Source: Candidatus Aminicenantes bacterium UBA2199
GTDB lineage: Bacteria > Acidobacteriota > Aminicenantia > UBA2199
Assembly (NCBI GenBank): GCA_002327965.1
Contig: DCVB01000086.1
Location: 1 to 55,649 of the forward strand
Length of the DNA stretch: 55,649 nt
Reading direction: 5' to 3'
This document shows, piece after piece, positions 35,994 through 45,463 of this stretch. The notes beneath the pieces were generated by a model that ran no database searches, was not told the DNA's origin, and saw nothing but the letters and a program-made list of their open reading frames with translations. The first letter of the stretch is position 1; every line of letters starts with the position of its first letter. Position numbers and translations under genes: made by a program.

Positions 35994-37271
35994 TTACGGC
36001 CAAACCGACGGTGGCGAGAAAATGACCCGGAATTTCTCCTCGATCGTCTCCCGGAGCCCGGGGATGGTACGAGCGATCCGTTCCCGCCACTGTTCCCGGT
36101 TTTTCAGTATTTCCTCGCACAACCGCAACAGCGTTCCGCTCTGGATCTCCTCGATGGGCAGGGAGCAGTGTCCCAGGTCTATCGACTCCAGGATACCTGC
36201 GCTTTTGTGCTGATAGCCGATCACCGCCGCCGGCCGGCCGGCCAGAAAGGCAAAGATGGCCGCGTGCATGCGGCTGGTGATCAGCAGGTCGGTTTGCCGC
36301 AGCAGGTCCACGATGGTTGCCGGCGCCCCGGCCAGGGGCGGGATGAACAAACGCAGGTGGGAGGACGGGATGGCCGCACTCAGCCGTTCATGAACGAGAA
36401 AGGATATCCGCCGGTCGTCCTCTCCTTTGCTTGGCCCCAGGGCCTGGCTGAAGACCAGGAACGAGGCATTGTGTCTCCGATGCAGTTCCAGGCAGGCGGA
36501 CAGCACGCCCTCGATGTAGGCCCGTTTCTGCCTCTGCCGGGCGGCAGCGGATCGCTGCGCCGGGAAATCCCAATCCCGCAGGGCCAGCGCCAGGCGCGGC
36601 CGCGGCAATCCGGAAAAATCGACCGGCGACAACGACGGCGCCGGGGCGAAATAAAAAGCCATGTCGGGGCAGAATTGCAGCTTGCTTTTTTCGGCCGCGG
36701 ACGGGAGCAGCCCCTGGAGGACGGACAGGGAGATGGCCTCGCGCGCAAAAACGACGCGGACGCGTCGGGAGGCGATCAGGCCGGCGAGCCGGCGGCGGCT
36801 CAGCGGACTGGCCAGTGGGCCATAGGACTGCGGGAAGAACACGATGTCCTTCCTGAGCAGGATGGCCAGACGTAGCCCGATGTCGTTCTGCCAGAAGGTG
36901 AATCCGGGGATGCGCCGGTTCGAGTAAAAATAACCGCCGCCGCAGGCAAAGACAAGGTCGGCCCGGCAGAGACAGCGCAGGAAGGCCAACGCCGGGCGGG
37001 GAAAGACCAAAGAAAGGAAGGAGTTCGCCCAGCCGCGCCAGCGGCCGCGGAAACCCGAGGGCGAATGAAAAACAGGCGCGATCACCTCGACGCCCCAGGT
37101 GGCCATGACCGGCCGATCCGATCCGGGCGTCCGCGAAGTGATGGTCAGGCGTGCGTCCGGGAACAGTTTTGTTAACAACTGCAACTGCCCGAGGACGATA
37201 GCGGCGTCGCCGGCGTTGGCCTGCGAATGGGCGTTGACGACAAGGATGCGGGAAATCCGGCGGCTAGCCAT
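35994..37271 (-). CDS. Polysaccharide pyruvyl transferase (WcaK-like)
   Basis: NAGDAAI, GGGYF, QSYGP, RE..S, PDMAF, RMHA.I and YQHK. Confidence 0.9.
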   Translation of the reverse strand: MASRRISRILVVNAHSQANAGDAAIVLGQLQLLTKLFPDARLTITSRTPGSDRPVMATWGVEVIAPVFHSPSGFRGRWRGWANSFLSLVFPRPALAFLRCLCRADLVFACGGGYFYSNRRIPGFTFWQNDIGLRLAILLRKDIVFFPQSYGPLASPLSRRRLAGLIASRRVRVVFAREAISLSVLQGLLPSAAEKSKLQFCPDMAFYFAPAPSLSPVDFSGLPRPRLALALRDWDFPAQRSAAARQRQKRAYIEGVLSACLELHRRHNASFLVFSQALGPSKGEDDRRISFLVHERLSAAIPSSHLRLFIPPLAGAPATIVDLLRQTDLLITSRMHAAIFAFLAGRPAAVIGYQHKSAGILESIDLGHCSLPIEEIQSGTLLRLCEEILKNREQWRERIARTIPGLRETIEEKFRVIFSPPSVWP

Positions 37272-38529
37272 TCAACCTGGAGATGACCGAGCGCACTTTC
37301 CCGGTCTCGGCCCCGGGGATGGCCGCGGCGATCTCGATCTCGATGCGCAGCGGCTCGGCGACCGCCGCGCGCAAGGTCTTTTCCGCCAGCGGCAGGGAAA
37401 AGGAACCGTCGTCGTCGGGGACGACCTTGACCGTCAGGCTGCCCGCCTGCTCCTGGACGACCTGCCAGCGGGCCAGGCCCGCCACTTTTTTCATTACCGC
37501 GAAGAAGAACAGCGGGGACAGCACGCGCCCGGAAGGCAGCCGGACCACGGCGTCGGACCTGCCTTCCACGACCTTCATCAGCGGCAGTCCGCGCCCGCAG
37601 AGCGGAGACTGAGCCGAGGGAAAACCCAGATCGCCGATCTCATAACGAATGATGGGGAAGGCATGGGAATACAGGTTGGTCACGACGATCCTGCGGGGAT
37701 TGCCGGGATCGGCGGCAGCAGACCAGGGGAGGAACTCCACGACCAGATGATCGATGTTGACATGGTATTCCCCGCAGTGGGAGCAAAGCCAGGCGATGCA
37801 TCCGGTTTCGGCGGCGCCATAAAGATCGAGCAATTCGGCATGAAATATTTCCCTGATCAGTTCCCGGCATTCATCGTCGACCAGGTCGGACACGCCGACC
37901 ACCCAGCGTGGCCGGAACGCCGTTTGCCCGCTTTTTTTAATGTGCTGCGCCAGGAGCTTCAGGCTTCCGGAATAGCCCCAGAGAATATCGGGCCGATCTT
38001 CATTCAGGGCCTTGAGCCATGCGTCTTCGCTGTCCAGGATGGAGACGGATCTCCGGCGCCAGAATCCCAGCCGTTGGTACCAGGCGGGATGGAGGCGGAT
38101 GTTCTGCGGCCCTGTGATCTCCAGCGTCCGGGCGCGGGGCGGGATGCCGTGCGCCAGCAGAGGGCGGAGCCAGGTCAGGTTGACCAGGGAATGGTCGCGG
38201 GGCAGGAAGGGAATGCGCATCGGCATCCCGGTGGAACCGCTGGTGCAGACCCAGCGGCTGTTCCGGTGAATGGTCGTGGCCTCGCGGATCGCCTGGCGCA
38301 GGAGTTCCTTGCCGACGACGGGAATGCGCAGCAGGTCCTCATGCCCGCGTATATCTTCCGGCCGCAAGTCCAGACGATCGAAGCGGCCCCGGTAGAAGGC
38401 GAAGTGGTCAACGGCGAAACGGATCAGGTTCCTCAGCCTTGACAGTTGCAGCGCCTGCAATTCGTCAGGCGATCGCCACGGGTCGCGGAGAAGGCGAATG
38501 AAGGATAGGGCCGTCCCGGCATCAGCCAT
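37264..38529 (-). CDS. Phenylacetate-CoA-ligase-like ANL adenylating enzyme (CapK-like)
   Basis: TSGSTGMP, YGAAETG, TNL...PIIRYEIGD and EGRSD. Confidence 0.88.
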   Translation of the reverse strand: MADAGTALSFIRLLRDPWRSPDELQALQLSRLRNLIRFAVDHFAFYRGRFDRLDLRPEDIRGHEDLLRIPVVGKELLRQAIREATTIHRNSRWVCTSGSTGMPMRIPFLPRDHSLVNLTWLRPLLAHGIPPRARTLEITGPQNIRLHPAWYQRLGFWRRRSVSILDSEDAWLKALNEDRPDILWGYSGSLKLLAQHIKKSGQTAFRPRWVVGVSDLVDDECRELIREIFHAELLDLYGAAETGCIAWLCSHCGEYHVNIDHLVVEFLPWSAAADPGNPRRIVVTNLYSHAFPIIRYEIGDLGFPSAQSPLCGRGLPLMKVVEGRSDAVVRLPSGRVLSPLFFFAVMKKVAGLARWQVVQEQAGSLTVKVVPDDDGSFSLPLAEKTLRAAVAEPLRIEIEIAAAIPGAETGKVRSVISRLNG

Positions 38530-39664
38530 GAAGTTTTTTCCCCCCGAATTTCATGCGCAGAAGGAATGACAGGTAGCGGAGGGCGTCCTTCTCCAATTCG
38601 ATGCGGTTGAGGGTATTGGGCGGGCACTGCGGGCAGACGCCAGCCAGCAATTCCCTTTCCCGGTAGCGCAGCGCCTCGCGGCCATAATAGATCCGCCGGG
38701 CGGATTGCTCCCGGCAGCTTCCGATCTCGCGGCTGAACTTGCAGTAGAAAAACTCTCCGCGGGAACCGAGGATCGCCCCGCCCATCCGGTAGTGGCAGGC
38801 CAGGCGGCGCGGGCGGCCGTATTCCAGCATGTCGGCGAGCACGTGGTAGCGCAGCCGGTGATGGCGGAGGAACGGCTCCTCCCGGGACAGGCGGCGAAGA
38901 AAACGAATGACGACCGGCTTCTGCTCTGGACGCAGGGAAAAATCCTCTTCCATCTCCCGGTTGTGGAACCGTTCGCGCACTTCCGCCAGGACGAAATTGG
39001 CCGGGATATTCCTTTCGCGGCTCCAGGCCGCCAGGTCTTCGAGCCCATCGGCGTTGAGCGCCGACATGACGCAATTGATCGACAAAAAAAAATCGCAAGA
39101 TTTCTGCAGGTCCTGCAGCTGCTCCAGCGCGGAATGCACTTCATCCCAGGCTCCCGATCGGCCGGCGATCTCGTCAAAAGCGGGTCCACGGGCATGCAGG
39201 GAAATGCTGACGGAGAAGGGCACCCGGCGCTGGCGGCAGCCGTGGGAGATAGCGGCCACCCGCGAAACGCAACGGGCGGCCGGTATGCCGTTGGAGTTCA
39301 GGGACAGCGCCCTCAGCCTGGGGAAACGCTCCAGGATCAGTTCGGCGATCTCGGGCAGGTCGGGGCGCAGCAGGGGCTCGCCACCGTTGATGTTGACGTA
39401 TTTCAGGCGGGCGAACAGCGGATCGGAAAGGATCTCCGCAATCTCCGGCAATGAAAGCTCAGCGCCCCGGCTGCCGGGACCCTCCCTCCAGATGCCGCAG
39501 GTCCGGCAGCGCAGGTTGCAGGCATAGGTGACGTAAAAGCAGAGCGCCCGCGGAGCGGGGACGATCCCCAACAGGGATTCCATGTTGGCCTGGACGGCGT
39601 TCCAGGCACTGCCGAACAAAGAACCCGTACCGCGGCGCCCTGGCCTTTCCGGGCTATTCATCAT
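38522..39664 (-). CDS. Radical SAM protein with C-terminal twitch/SPASM-like cysteines
   Basis: CNLRCRTC, NGGEP, and C...FYC...CPQC. Confidence 0.88.
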   Translation of the reverse strand: MMNSPERPGRRGTGSLFGSAWNAVQANMESLLGIVPAPRALCFYVTYACNLRCRTCGIWREGPGSRGAELSLPEIAEILSDPLFARLKYVNINGGEPLLRPDLPEIAELILERFPRLRALSLNSNGIPAARCVSRVAAISHGCRQRRVPFSVSISLHARGPAFDEIAGRSGAWDEVHSALEQLQDLQKSCDFFLSINCVMSALNADGLEDLAAWSRERNIPANFVLAEVRERFHNREMEEDFSLRPEQKPVVIRFLRRLSREEPFLRHHRLRYHVLADMLEYGRPRRLACHYRMGGAILGSRGEFFYCKFSREIGSCREQSARRIYYGREALRYRERELLAGVCPQCPPNTLNRIELEKDALRYLSFLLRMKFGGKKLHG

Positions 39665-41201
39665 AAATGCCGGCGAGCACTCGCTTCAGGCCGAGCTGGC
39701 GCAGGCAGCGCAGCACGAAACGCGGCAGCAGGTAGTCGAGCGGGAATGAGAAGCAGCGGTGTCGCCAGCGCCAGCGGGCCAGGCCGCTTATGATCTTGAA
39801 AAACAGGGGAAAACGCAGGGAACCGGTCACCTGGCGCATGGCTATGGAACGGTAGTATCCTACGTAGCGGGCCCGCGGGTCTGCGTAAGGCGGCGATGGC
39901 TGTGAGGGGCCCCAGGGAACAGACCATCCCAGGATGGTGTCCGGGGGAACAAAACCGCGCCGGACCGCCTCCTGGAACATCGGAGTGCCGGGATAAGGGA
40001 AGTAGAAAGAGGGCCCGGGAGTGACGGTCACGCCCTGACGCTCCATCTCGTCGATCAGGTCGAAGGTTTTTTTCATCTCCGGCCAGCGTTCGCCGGGCAC
40101 ACCGATCAGGAACCCCATCATCACATTGATGCCGTGTTTCCGGCACAATTCCGCCGAACGGAGTATGTGCTCGAGTTGAATGTCCTTGTGCATGATATCC
40201 AGCGTTTCCTGAGAGCCTGACTCGGCGCCGATGCGCAACTCGGCGCAGCCAAGGTCCTTCAACTCGCGAACGAAGTCGTCGCCCCAGCGCGCCACGTAGT
40301 CGGCGCGGATGGACGAGGCCCAGGGAAGTTCGACCTGCCGCAGGATGGCCAGCGCGCGCTGGCGGTCGGTGAAAAAGCAATCATCCTCAAAGACGATGCC
40401 GGTTACGCCATGATCGGCCCGCAAGCGCCGGATATGCCCGGCCACGAAGGCGACCGAATGGGAGCGGAAAGAGCGCTTGTTGATGAACTGGTTGTAGCAA
40501 TAACCGCAGCGGCCCGGGCAGCCCCGGCTTGACATGACCGTGGCGATCTTCAGGTCGCTCAGTTTCGAGCCCAGCGCCGTATAGATGTATTTGCCTTCCC
40601 CCAGGTAGCGTTCATTGCCCAGGAGGTGCCAGGCCGGAGAGTATGCATCCAGGTCCTGGATGAACGGGGGCATGGGATTGATCTGCACCCGGTCAGGGCG
40701 GCGATAGGCGACGCCGGGAACATCGGCCAGTTTTTCCAGATAGTCGCCGCCGGCGGCAAGCAGATCGGCCAGGCGGACGACCGTCTCCTCCCCTTCTCCA
40801 CGGACGGCGAGATCGATATCCGGCTCCTGCAACGTCTGTTCGGGAAGCATGGTCGAGTGCAGGCCGCCCCAAAGAACGGGAGTATCGCCGTGCTCCTTGA
40901 TCTTGCGCGTCAAGCGCAGTGACGGGGACAATGACGGGCCGGTGAACGTCGAGATGCCCACGAAAAGCGGGCGGGCGGCGATGATCTCATCCACGATCCT
41001 ATTCTCATTGGCGGCCGTGAACCGTTCATGGATCAAGCGGACGCGGTAACCGCGCTTCTCCAGCGCCCCGGCGAGATAAAGTATTCCCAGGGGCGGGGCC
41101 ATTACGAAATTTTCCCGGTCCGTTTCCGGCTTGACCAGGAAAATCAGCCGCCCTTCCGGCGCGCCGACACTTGCATTTATCCGGCTTGCGTCCGCTTTCA
41201 T
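39654..41201 (-). CDS. B12-binding radical SAM enzyme
   Basis: PPLGILYLA, WGG.H, GEGEET, SRGCPGRCGYC, GAESGS and PYPGT. Confidence 0.92.
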   Translation of the reverse strand: MKADASRINASVGAPEGRLIFLVKPETDRENFVMAPPLGILYLAGALEKRGYRVRLIHERFTAANENRIVDEIIAARPLFVGISTFTGPSLSPSLRLTRKIKEHGDTPVLWGGLHSTMLPEQTLQEPDIDLAVRGEGEETVVRLADLLAAGGDYLEKLADVPGVAYRRPDRVQINPMPPFIQDLDAYSPAWHLLGNERYLGEGKYIYTALGSKLSDLKIATVMSSRGCPGRCGYCYNQFINKRSFRSHSVAFVAGHIRRLRADHGVTGIVFEDDCFFTDRQRALAILRQVELPWASSIRADYVARWGDDFVRELKDLGCAELRIGAESGSQETLDIMHKDIQLEHILRSAELCRKHGINVMMGFLIGVPGERWPEMKKTFDLIDEMERQGVTVTPGPSFYFPYPGTPMFQEAVRRGFVPPDTILGWSVPWGPSQPSPPYADPRARYVGYYRSIAMRQVTGSLRFPLFFKIISGLARWRWRHRCFSFPLDYLLPRFVLRCLRQLGLKRVLAGIYDE

Positions 41202-41307
41202 TATTTCTCCTTCCTGTCAGGGCTGGACCGAACCCATCGACTTCGCATGCCGCATGGATGAACATTATAGCAAATCTGCCGGCAAAATACCCGCTTCGGC
41301 ACCACGC

Positions 41308-42075
41308 CTACAAACTGTCGCTTTTTTCGAAAAACCAGACCCCGAGCGCGACCGCCAGCAGGGAAAAAATGGCGAGCGCAATCAGGTTGAACGCCAGTGA
41401 CATATCCGAACTTCCCAGCAACGCCGCACGCAAACCGTCCACGCCATAGGCCAGAGGATCGAGGCGCGCGACGGCCCGTACCCAGGACGGAAAATCGTCC
41501 AGGGGGAACAATGCCCCGGAAAGGAAGAACAGGGGGAAGATCACGAAGTTCATGACCAGGTTGAATCCCTGCATGTCGCGCATGTTGGAGGCGAAGGAGA
41601 GCCCCAGGCCGATGAAGGTGATGGAGATCAAGACCATCAGCAAAAGCGCCGGGAACATCATGACCCATTGCCGCGGGCGGAAGCCGAAGGCCAGGGAGAC
41701 GGCAAGGATGGCCAGGGCCTGGAACAATGAGGTGGTGATGCCGCCGGCGATGCGTCCGAGCACGATGGAAACCCGGCTCACGGGCGCCACCATGATCTCC
41801 TTTAAAAATCCGAATTCGCGGTCCCAGAGAACGGAGAGCCCGGTGAAGGCCGAGGAGAACAGGATGCTCATGCCCAGGATGCCGGGGAGCAGGAAGTCCG
41901 AATATTCCGTCCCGGGCATGCCGGGAAAGCGCATGCGCTGGAAGCCCAGGCCCATGAAGGCCAGAAAAAACAACGGCATCAGCAGGGTGCCGATCAGCCT
42001 GGACCTGGCCCGCAGCAGCCGCTTGAGCTCACGCAGCCAAAGCACGTAAATGGCGATCCCCTGGATGGCCTTCAT
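41308..42075 (-). CDS. ABC-2 type permease
   Basis: PGILGM, DREFGFLKEI.VAP, FFLSGALFP and PLAYGVD.LR. Confidence 0.92.
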   Translation of the reverse strand: MKAIQGIAIYVLWLRELKRLLRARSRLIGTLLMPLFFLAFMGLGFQRMRFPGMPGTEYSDFLLPGILGMSILFSSAFTGLSVLWDREFGFLKEIMVAPVSRVSIVLGRIAGGITTSLFQALAILAVSLAFGFRPRQWVMMFPALLLMVLISITFIGLGLSFASNMRDMQGFNLVMNFVIFPLFFLSGALFPLDDFPSWVRAVARLDPLAYGVDGLRAALLGSSDMSLAFNLIALAIFSLLAVALGVWFFEKSDSL

Positions 42076-42078
42076 GAT

Positions 42079-43089
42079 TTAGCGGCGCCCGCCATGGCGC
42101 ACGAAACGGAATTGCGCATCATGGCCCGTTTCCTCTTCGCTTATGCTGCGGCCGGCGAAATGAAGAAAGACGTCTTCCAGGCTCGGCTTGTGCAGGTTGA
42201 CGGCCGTAACCCGGGTCCCCGTTTGCACTGCGGTCTGCATCAGCTCGGGGATGCGCTTGTCGCCCTGAACCATGGTCAGGCTCAACTGGCCGTCATGCAG
42301 CCTGCTCGCTTTGATCCAGGGCCTGTCCTTCAAGACATTCATGAGCGGTTCCCCGCCTTCCGGCACGGCGAGATTGACGATGTCCCCGCCCAGGATGTCC
42401 TTGAGGCGGGCCGGCGTATCCATGGCCGCGATCCTTCCCTTGTCGATGATGACCACCCGGTCGCACAGGAAGTCGGCTTCCTCCATGTAATGAGTGGTCA
42501 GCATGACCGTGACCCGCTCCTCGCGGTTGAGGCGGCGGATGTAATCCCAGATATGCCGCCGGGTCTGCGCATCCAGTCCCAGGGTCGGCTCATCAAGGAA
42601 CAGGACCCGGGGATGCTGGACAAGCCCGCGGGCGATCTCCAGTCTGCGCTTCATGCCGCCGGAATATTTCTCCACCAGCAGGTCGGCCTTGTCCTGCAGG
42701 TCGACCAACTCCAGCATGCGCTCGATCCGTTCTCTCCGCTCATGCTTGGCCAGGCCATACATCATGGCATGAAACTGCAGGTTTTCCCTGCCGGTCAGTT
42801 TCGTGTCCAGGGCCGGCTCCTGGAAAACGATACCAATCTGGCGACGCAGGGCGTCGCGGTTTCCGCCCACGGAAATGCCGGCCACTTCGGCATAGCCGGA
42901 GGTGGGGCGAAGCAGCGTGGCGAGGATGCTGATGATGGTCGTCTTGCCAGCACCATTCGGGCCAAGCAGGCCGAAGATCTCGCCATCACCGACCTCGAAG
43001 CTGACCTGGTCGACCGCGACGTTTTTATCGTAATACTTGGCCAATTTTTTAACTTTGATGACGCTCTTCACTGTTTTTAATGGTAACAT
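42079..43089 (-). CDS. DrrA-like ABC exporter ATP-binding protein (start 43089 or GTG 43071)
   Basis: GPNGAGKTT, YSGGMKRRLEIARG, DEPTLGLD, TTHYMEEA and PSLEDVF. Confidence 0.92.
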   Translation of the reverse strand: MLPLKTVKSVIKVKKLAKYYDKNVAVDQVSFEVGDGEIFGLLGPNGAGKTTIISILATLLRPTSGYAEVAGISVGGNRDALRRQIGIVFQEPALDTKLTGRENLQFHAMMYGLAKHERRERIERMLELVDLQDKADLLVEKYSGGMKRRLEIARGLVQHPRVLFLDEPTLGLDAQTRRHIWDYIRRLNREERVTVMLTTHYMEEADFLCDRVVIIDKGRIAAMDTPARLKDILGGDIVNLAVPEGGEPLMNVLKDRPWIKASRLHDGQLSLTMVQGDKRIPELMQTAVQTGTRVTAVNLHKPSLEDVFLHFAGRSISEEETGHDAQFRFVRHGGRR

Positions 43090-43310
43090 GCTGCCACGCC
43101 CGAAACAAGATGAAGCGCCAAGATGAAGCGCCAAGACCGTCCCTTTCCTGGGCTACTCGGGGCAGCTGCCGGGCAACCAGACATCGACCTGACCCGCTAC
43201 GCACGCACGTTCTTCCTCAAGATCGGCTGCGCGTTGGGGATCGGAGCCGGCGAAACCAAGCGTTGCTTTTCCGCGTATACACCTTTCATGAAACCAAAGG
43301 AGACCGCCCA

Positions 43311-45236
43311 ATGAAAAATGCGCCCCTGGCTTTCTTGCCGCTCTGCGTCATCCTGCTGCTGGCGCTCCCGGCCGCCGCCCAGGAGGACAAGATGGACAAA
43401 ATTCCCGACTATTCGCTGAAAGCCCGCTCCGAAGTCCCTGTGGAGCACACCTGGAAGATCGAGGACCTCTACGTCAGCGAGACCGACTGGCAGGCCGAAA
43501 AGGAGGCCGTGATCGGGGACATCGCCGCCATCGACGAGGCGGCCAGGGGCTGGACCAACTCGGCCGCCGCCATGAAGCGGCTGTTCGACCTGGTCAGCTC
43601 GATACAGCTGCGCGGCACCCGGCTCTATTCCTACGCCAGCCACCAGTCCAACACCGACATGGCCAACACCCGCTTCCAGGCCATGCTCGGGGAGATCCGC
43701 ACCGGCTTCGTACAGATGAGCGCCAAGCTCTCCTTCATGCAGCCCGACATCCTGGCCCTGGGCGCCGAAAGGTTCGCCGCCTACCTGCGCCAGGAGCCCG
43801 GGCTGACCCCCTTCCGCTTCGGCGTCGAGCGCATCCTGCGCGAGAGGGAGCACGTGCTGCCCGGCGAGCAGCAGCGCATCGCCGCGCTCACCGGCCTGTT
43901 CTCGGGCGTCCCCGCCGACGCTTCGGGCATGCTCAACAACGTCGAGCTGCCGCGCACCGAGGTCACCCTGGCCGACGGCACAAGGGTCCTGCTCGACCAG
44001 GCGGCCTACCAGCGCCTGCGCACCGCCAAGAACCCCGGCGACCGTTCCCGGGTCATGAAGTCCTTCTGGGAGAACCAGAAAAGGTTCGAGAACACCTTCG
44101 CCATCCTGCAGGATGGCGTTGTCAAGGCGCACTGGTTCGACGCCCAGATCCGCCGGCACCCCGACTGCCTGGCGGCGCGCCTCTTTTCCGAAGACATCTC
44201 CCCGGAGGTCTACCGGCAGCTGATCCGCCAGGTGCACGCCTTCCTGCCGTCGCTGCAGCGCTACCTGGCCCTCAAGCAGAAGATGCTCGGCCTGCCGGAG
44301 TTCCGCTACGAGGACATCTACGCCTCGGCCGTGCCGGCGGTGGACAAGACCTTCACCTTCGCCGAGGCGCGCCGGGTGATCGAGGCGGCGCTGAAGCCGC
44401 TGGGCCCCGACTACGCCGCCCCCCTGCGCCGCGCCTTCGACGAGCGCTGGATGGACATCTATCCCAACAAGGGCAAGGAGAGCGGCGCCTACTCGGGCGG
44501 CGTCTACGGCGTCCACCCCTACATCAAGCTCAACTACAACGGCGATTTCGACGCCGTCTCCACCACCGCCCACGAGCTCGGCCACGCCATGCACTCCCAC
44601 TTCTCCGACAAGACCCAGCCCTTCCCCACCGCCGACTACACGACCTTCGTGGCCGAGATCGCCTCGACCTTCAACGAGCACCTGCTGGTGCGCCACCTGC
44701 TGAAAACGGAGAAGGACGACCTGTTCAAACTGTACCTGCTGGACAGCTACCTGGACGGCTTCCGCGGCACCCTCTTCCGCCAGACCCTGTTCGCCGAGTT
44801 CGAGCTGGCCATGCACCGGCGCGTGGAAGCGGGACAGACGCTGACCGCCGACTGGCTCAACGCCGCCTACCTGGAGCTGACCCGCAAGTACTACGGCCAC
44901 GAACAGGGCATCTGCCGAGTCGACGACTACATCCAGTCGGAGTGGAGCGGCATCCCCCACTTCTACATGGACTACTACGTGTTCCAGTACAGCACCGGCA
45001 TCATCGCCTCGCTGGCGCTCAGCGACAGCGTGGCCCGGGGCGACCGCGGCGCGCGCGACGGCTATCTCGAGGTGCTGAAGGCGGGCGGCAGCGACTACCC
45101 GCTGAACATCCTGAAGAAAGCCGGCGTGGACATGGCCCGGCCCGAGCCCTACGTCGCGGCCCTGAAGCGCTTTGACAGCCTGGTCGGCGAGATGGAGAGG
45201 CTCGTCGCCCGGCTGAAGAAGCAGAAAAAATTCTGA
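43311..45236 (+). CDS. pepF: Exported oligoendopeptidase F (M3B)
   Basis: AAGGAG RBS, signal peptide, W.D..P.KGK.SGAYS, HELGHAMHS, AEIASTFNE and W..IPHFY. Confidence 0.9.
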   Translation: MKNAPLAFLPLCVILLLALPAAAQEDKMDKIPDYSLKARSEVPVEHTWKIEDLYVSETDWQAEKEAVIGDIAAIDEAARGWTNSAAAMKRLFDLVSSIQLRGTRLYSYASHQSNTDMANTRFQAMLGEIRTGFVQMSAKLSFMQPDILALGAERFAAYLRQEPGLTPFRFGVERILREREHVLPGEQQRIAALTGLFSGVPADASGMLNNVELPRTEVTLADGTRVLLDQAAYQRLRTAKNPGDRSRVMKSFWENQKRFENTFAILQDGVVKAHWFDAQIRRHPDCLAARLFSEDISPEVYRQLIRQVHAFLPSLQRYLALKQKMLGLPEFRYEDIYASAVPAVDKTFTFAEARRVIEAALKPLGPDYAAPLRRAFDERWMDIYPNKGKESGAYSGGVYGVHPYIKLNYNGDFDAVSTTAHELGHAMHSHFSDKTQPFPTADYTTFVAEIASTFNEHLLVRHLLKTEKDDLFKLYLLDSYLDGFRGTLFRQTLFAEFELAMHRRVEAGQTLTADWLNAAYLELTRKYYGHEQGICRVDDYIQSEWSGIPHFYMDYYVFQYSTGIIASLALSDSVARGDRGARDGYLEVLKAGGSDYPLNILKKAGVDMARPEPYVAALKRFDSLVGEMERLVARLKKQKKF

Positions 45237-45250
45237 TCCCTCCCCCCATA

Positions 45251-45296
45251 GGCGGCGGGGAGGAGTCCCGCTGACGCGGGACAAATCCCCGCCGCC
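45251..45296 (+). terminator. GC-rich stem-loop after pepF (terminator or stabiliser)
   Basis: Outer GGCGGCGGGGA/TCCCCGCCGCC and inner GTCCCGC/GCGGGAC. The U-tract is weak. Confidence 0.55.
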
Positions 45297-45463
45297 GTTC
45301 TTGTGATACGCACTCTCCCCCTTTCTCCAGCCCGCTCAAACTTAAGGTCTAAAATGAAAAATCGAACCCAAGTCTGAATGCATTACGGGTATTTTCAGCG
45401 TATTCAAGGTGTAACGTCAACCCCGGTTCGCACGTTATATGGGTGGAAGATGTCGGAGGAAAC

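Noticed and set aside
41308-43089. ABC-2 exporter as the dedicated RiPP or glycan exporter
   Set aside because: It is a generic DrrAB-like pair, lies more than 12 kb from the protease/RiPP operon and is not Wzm/Wzt-like. No sequence evidence supports a link, though one is not excluded.
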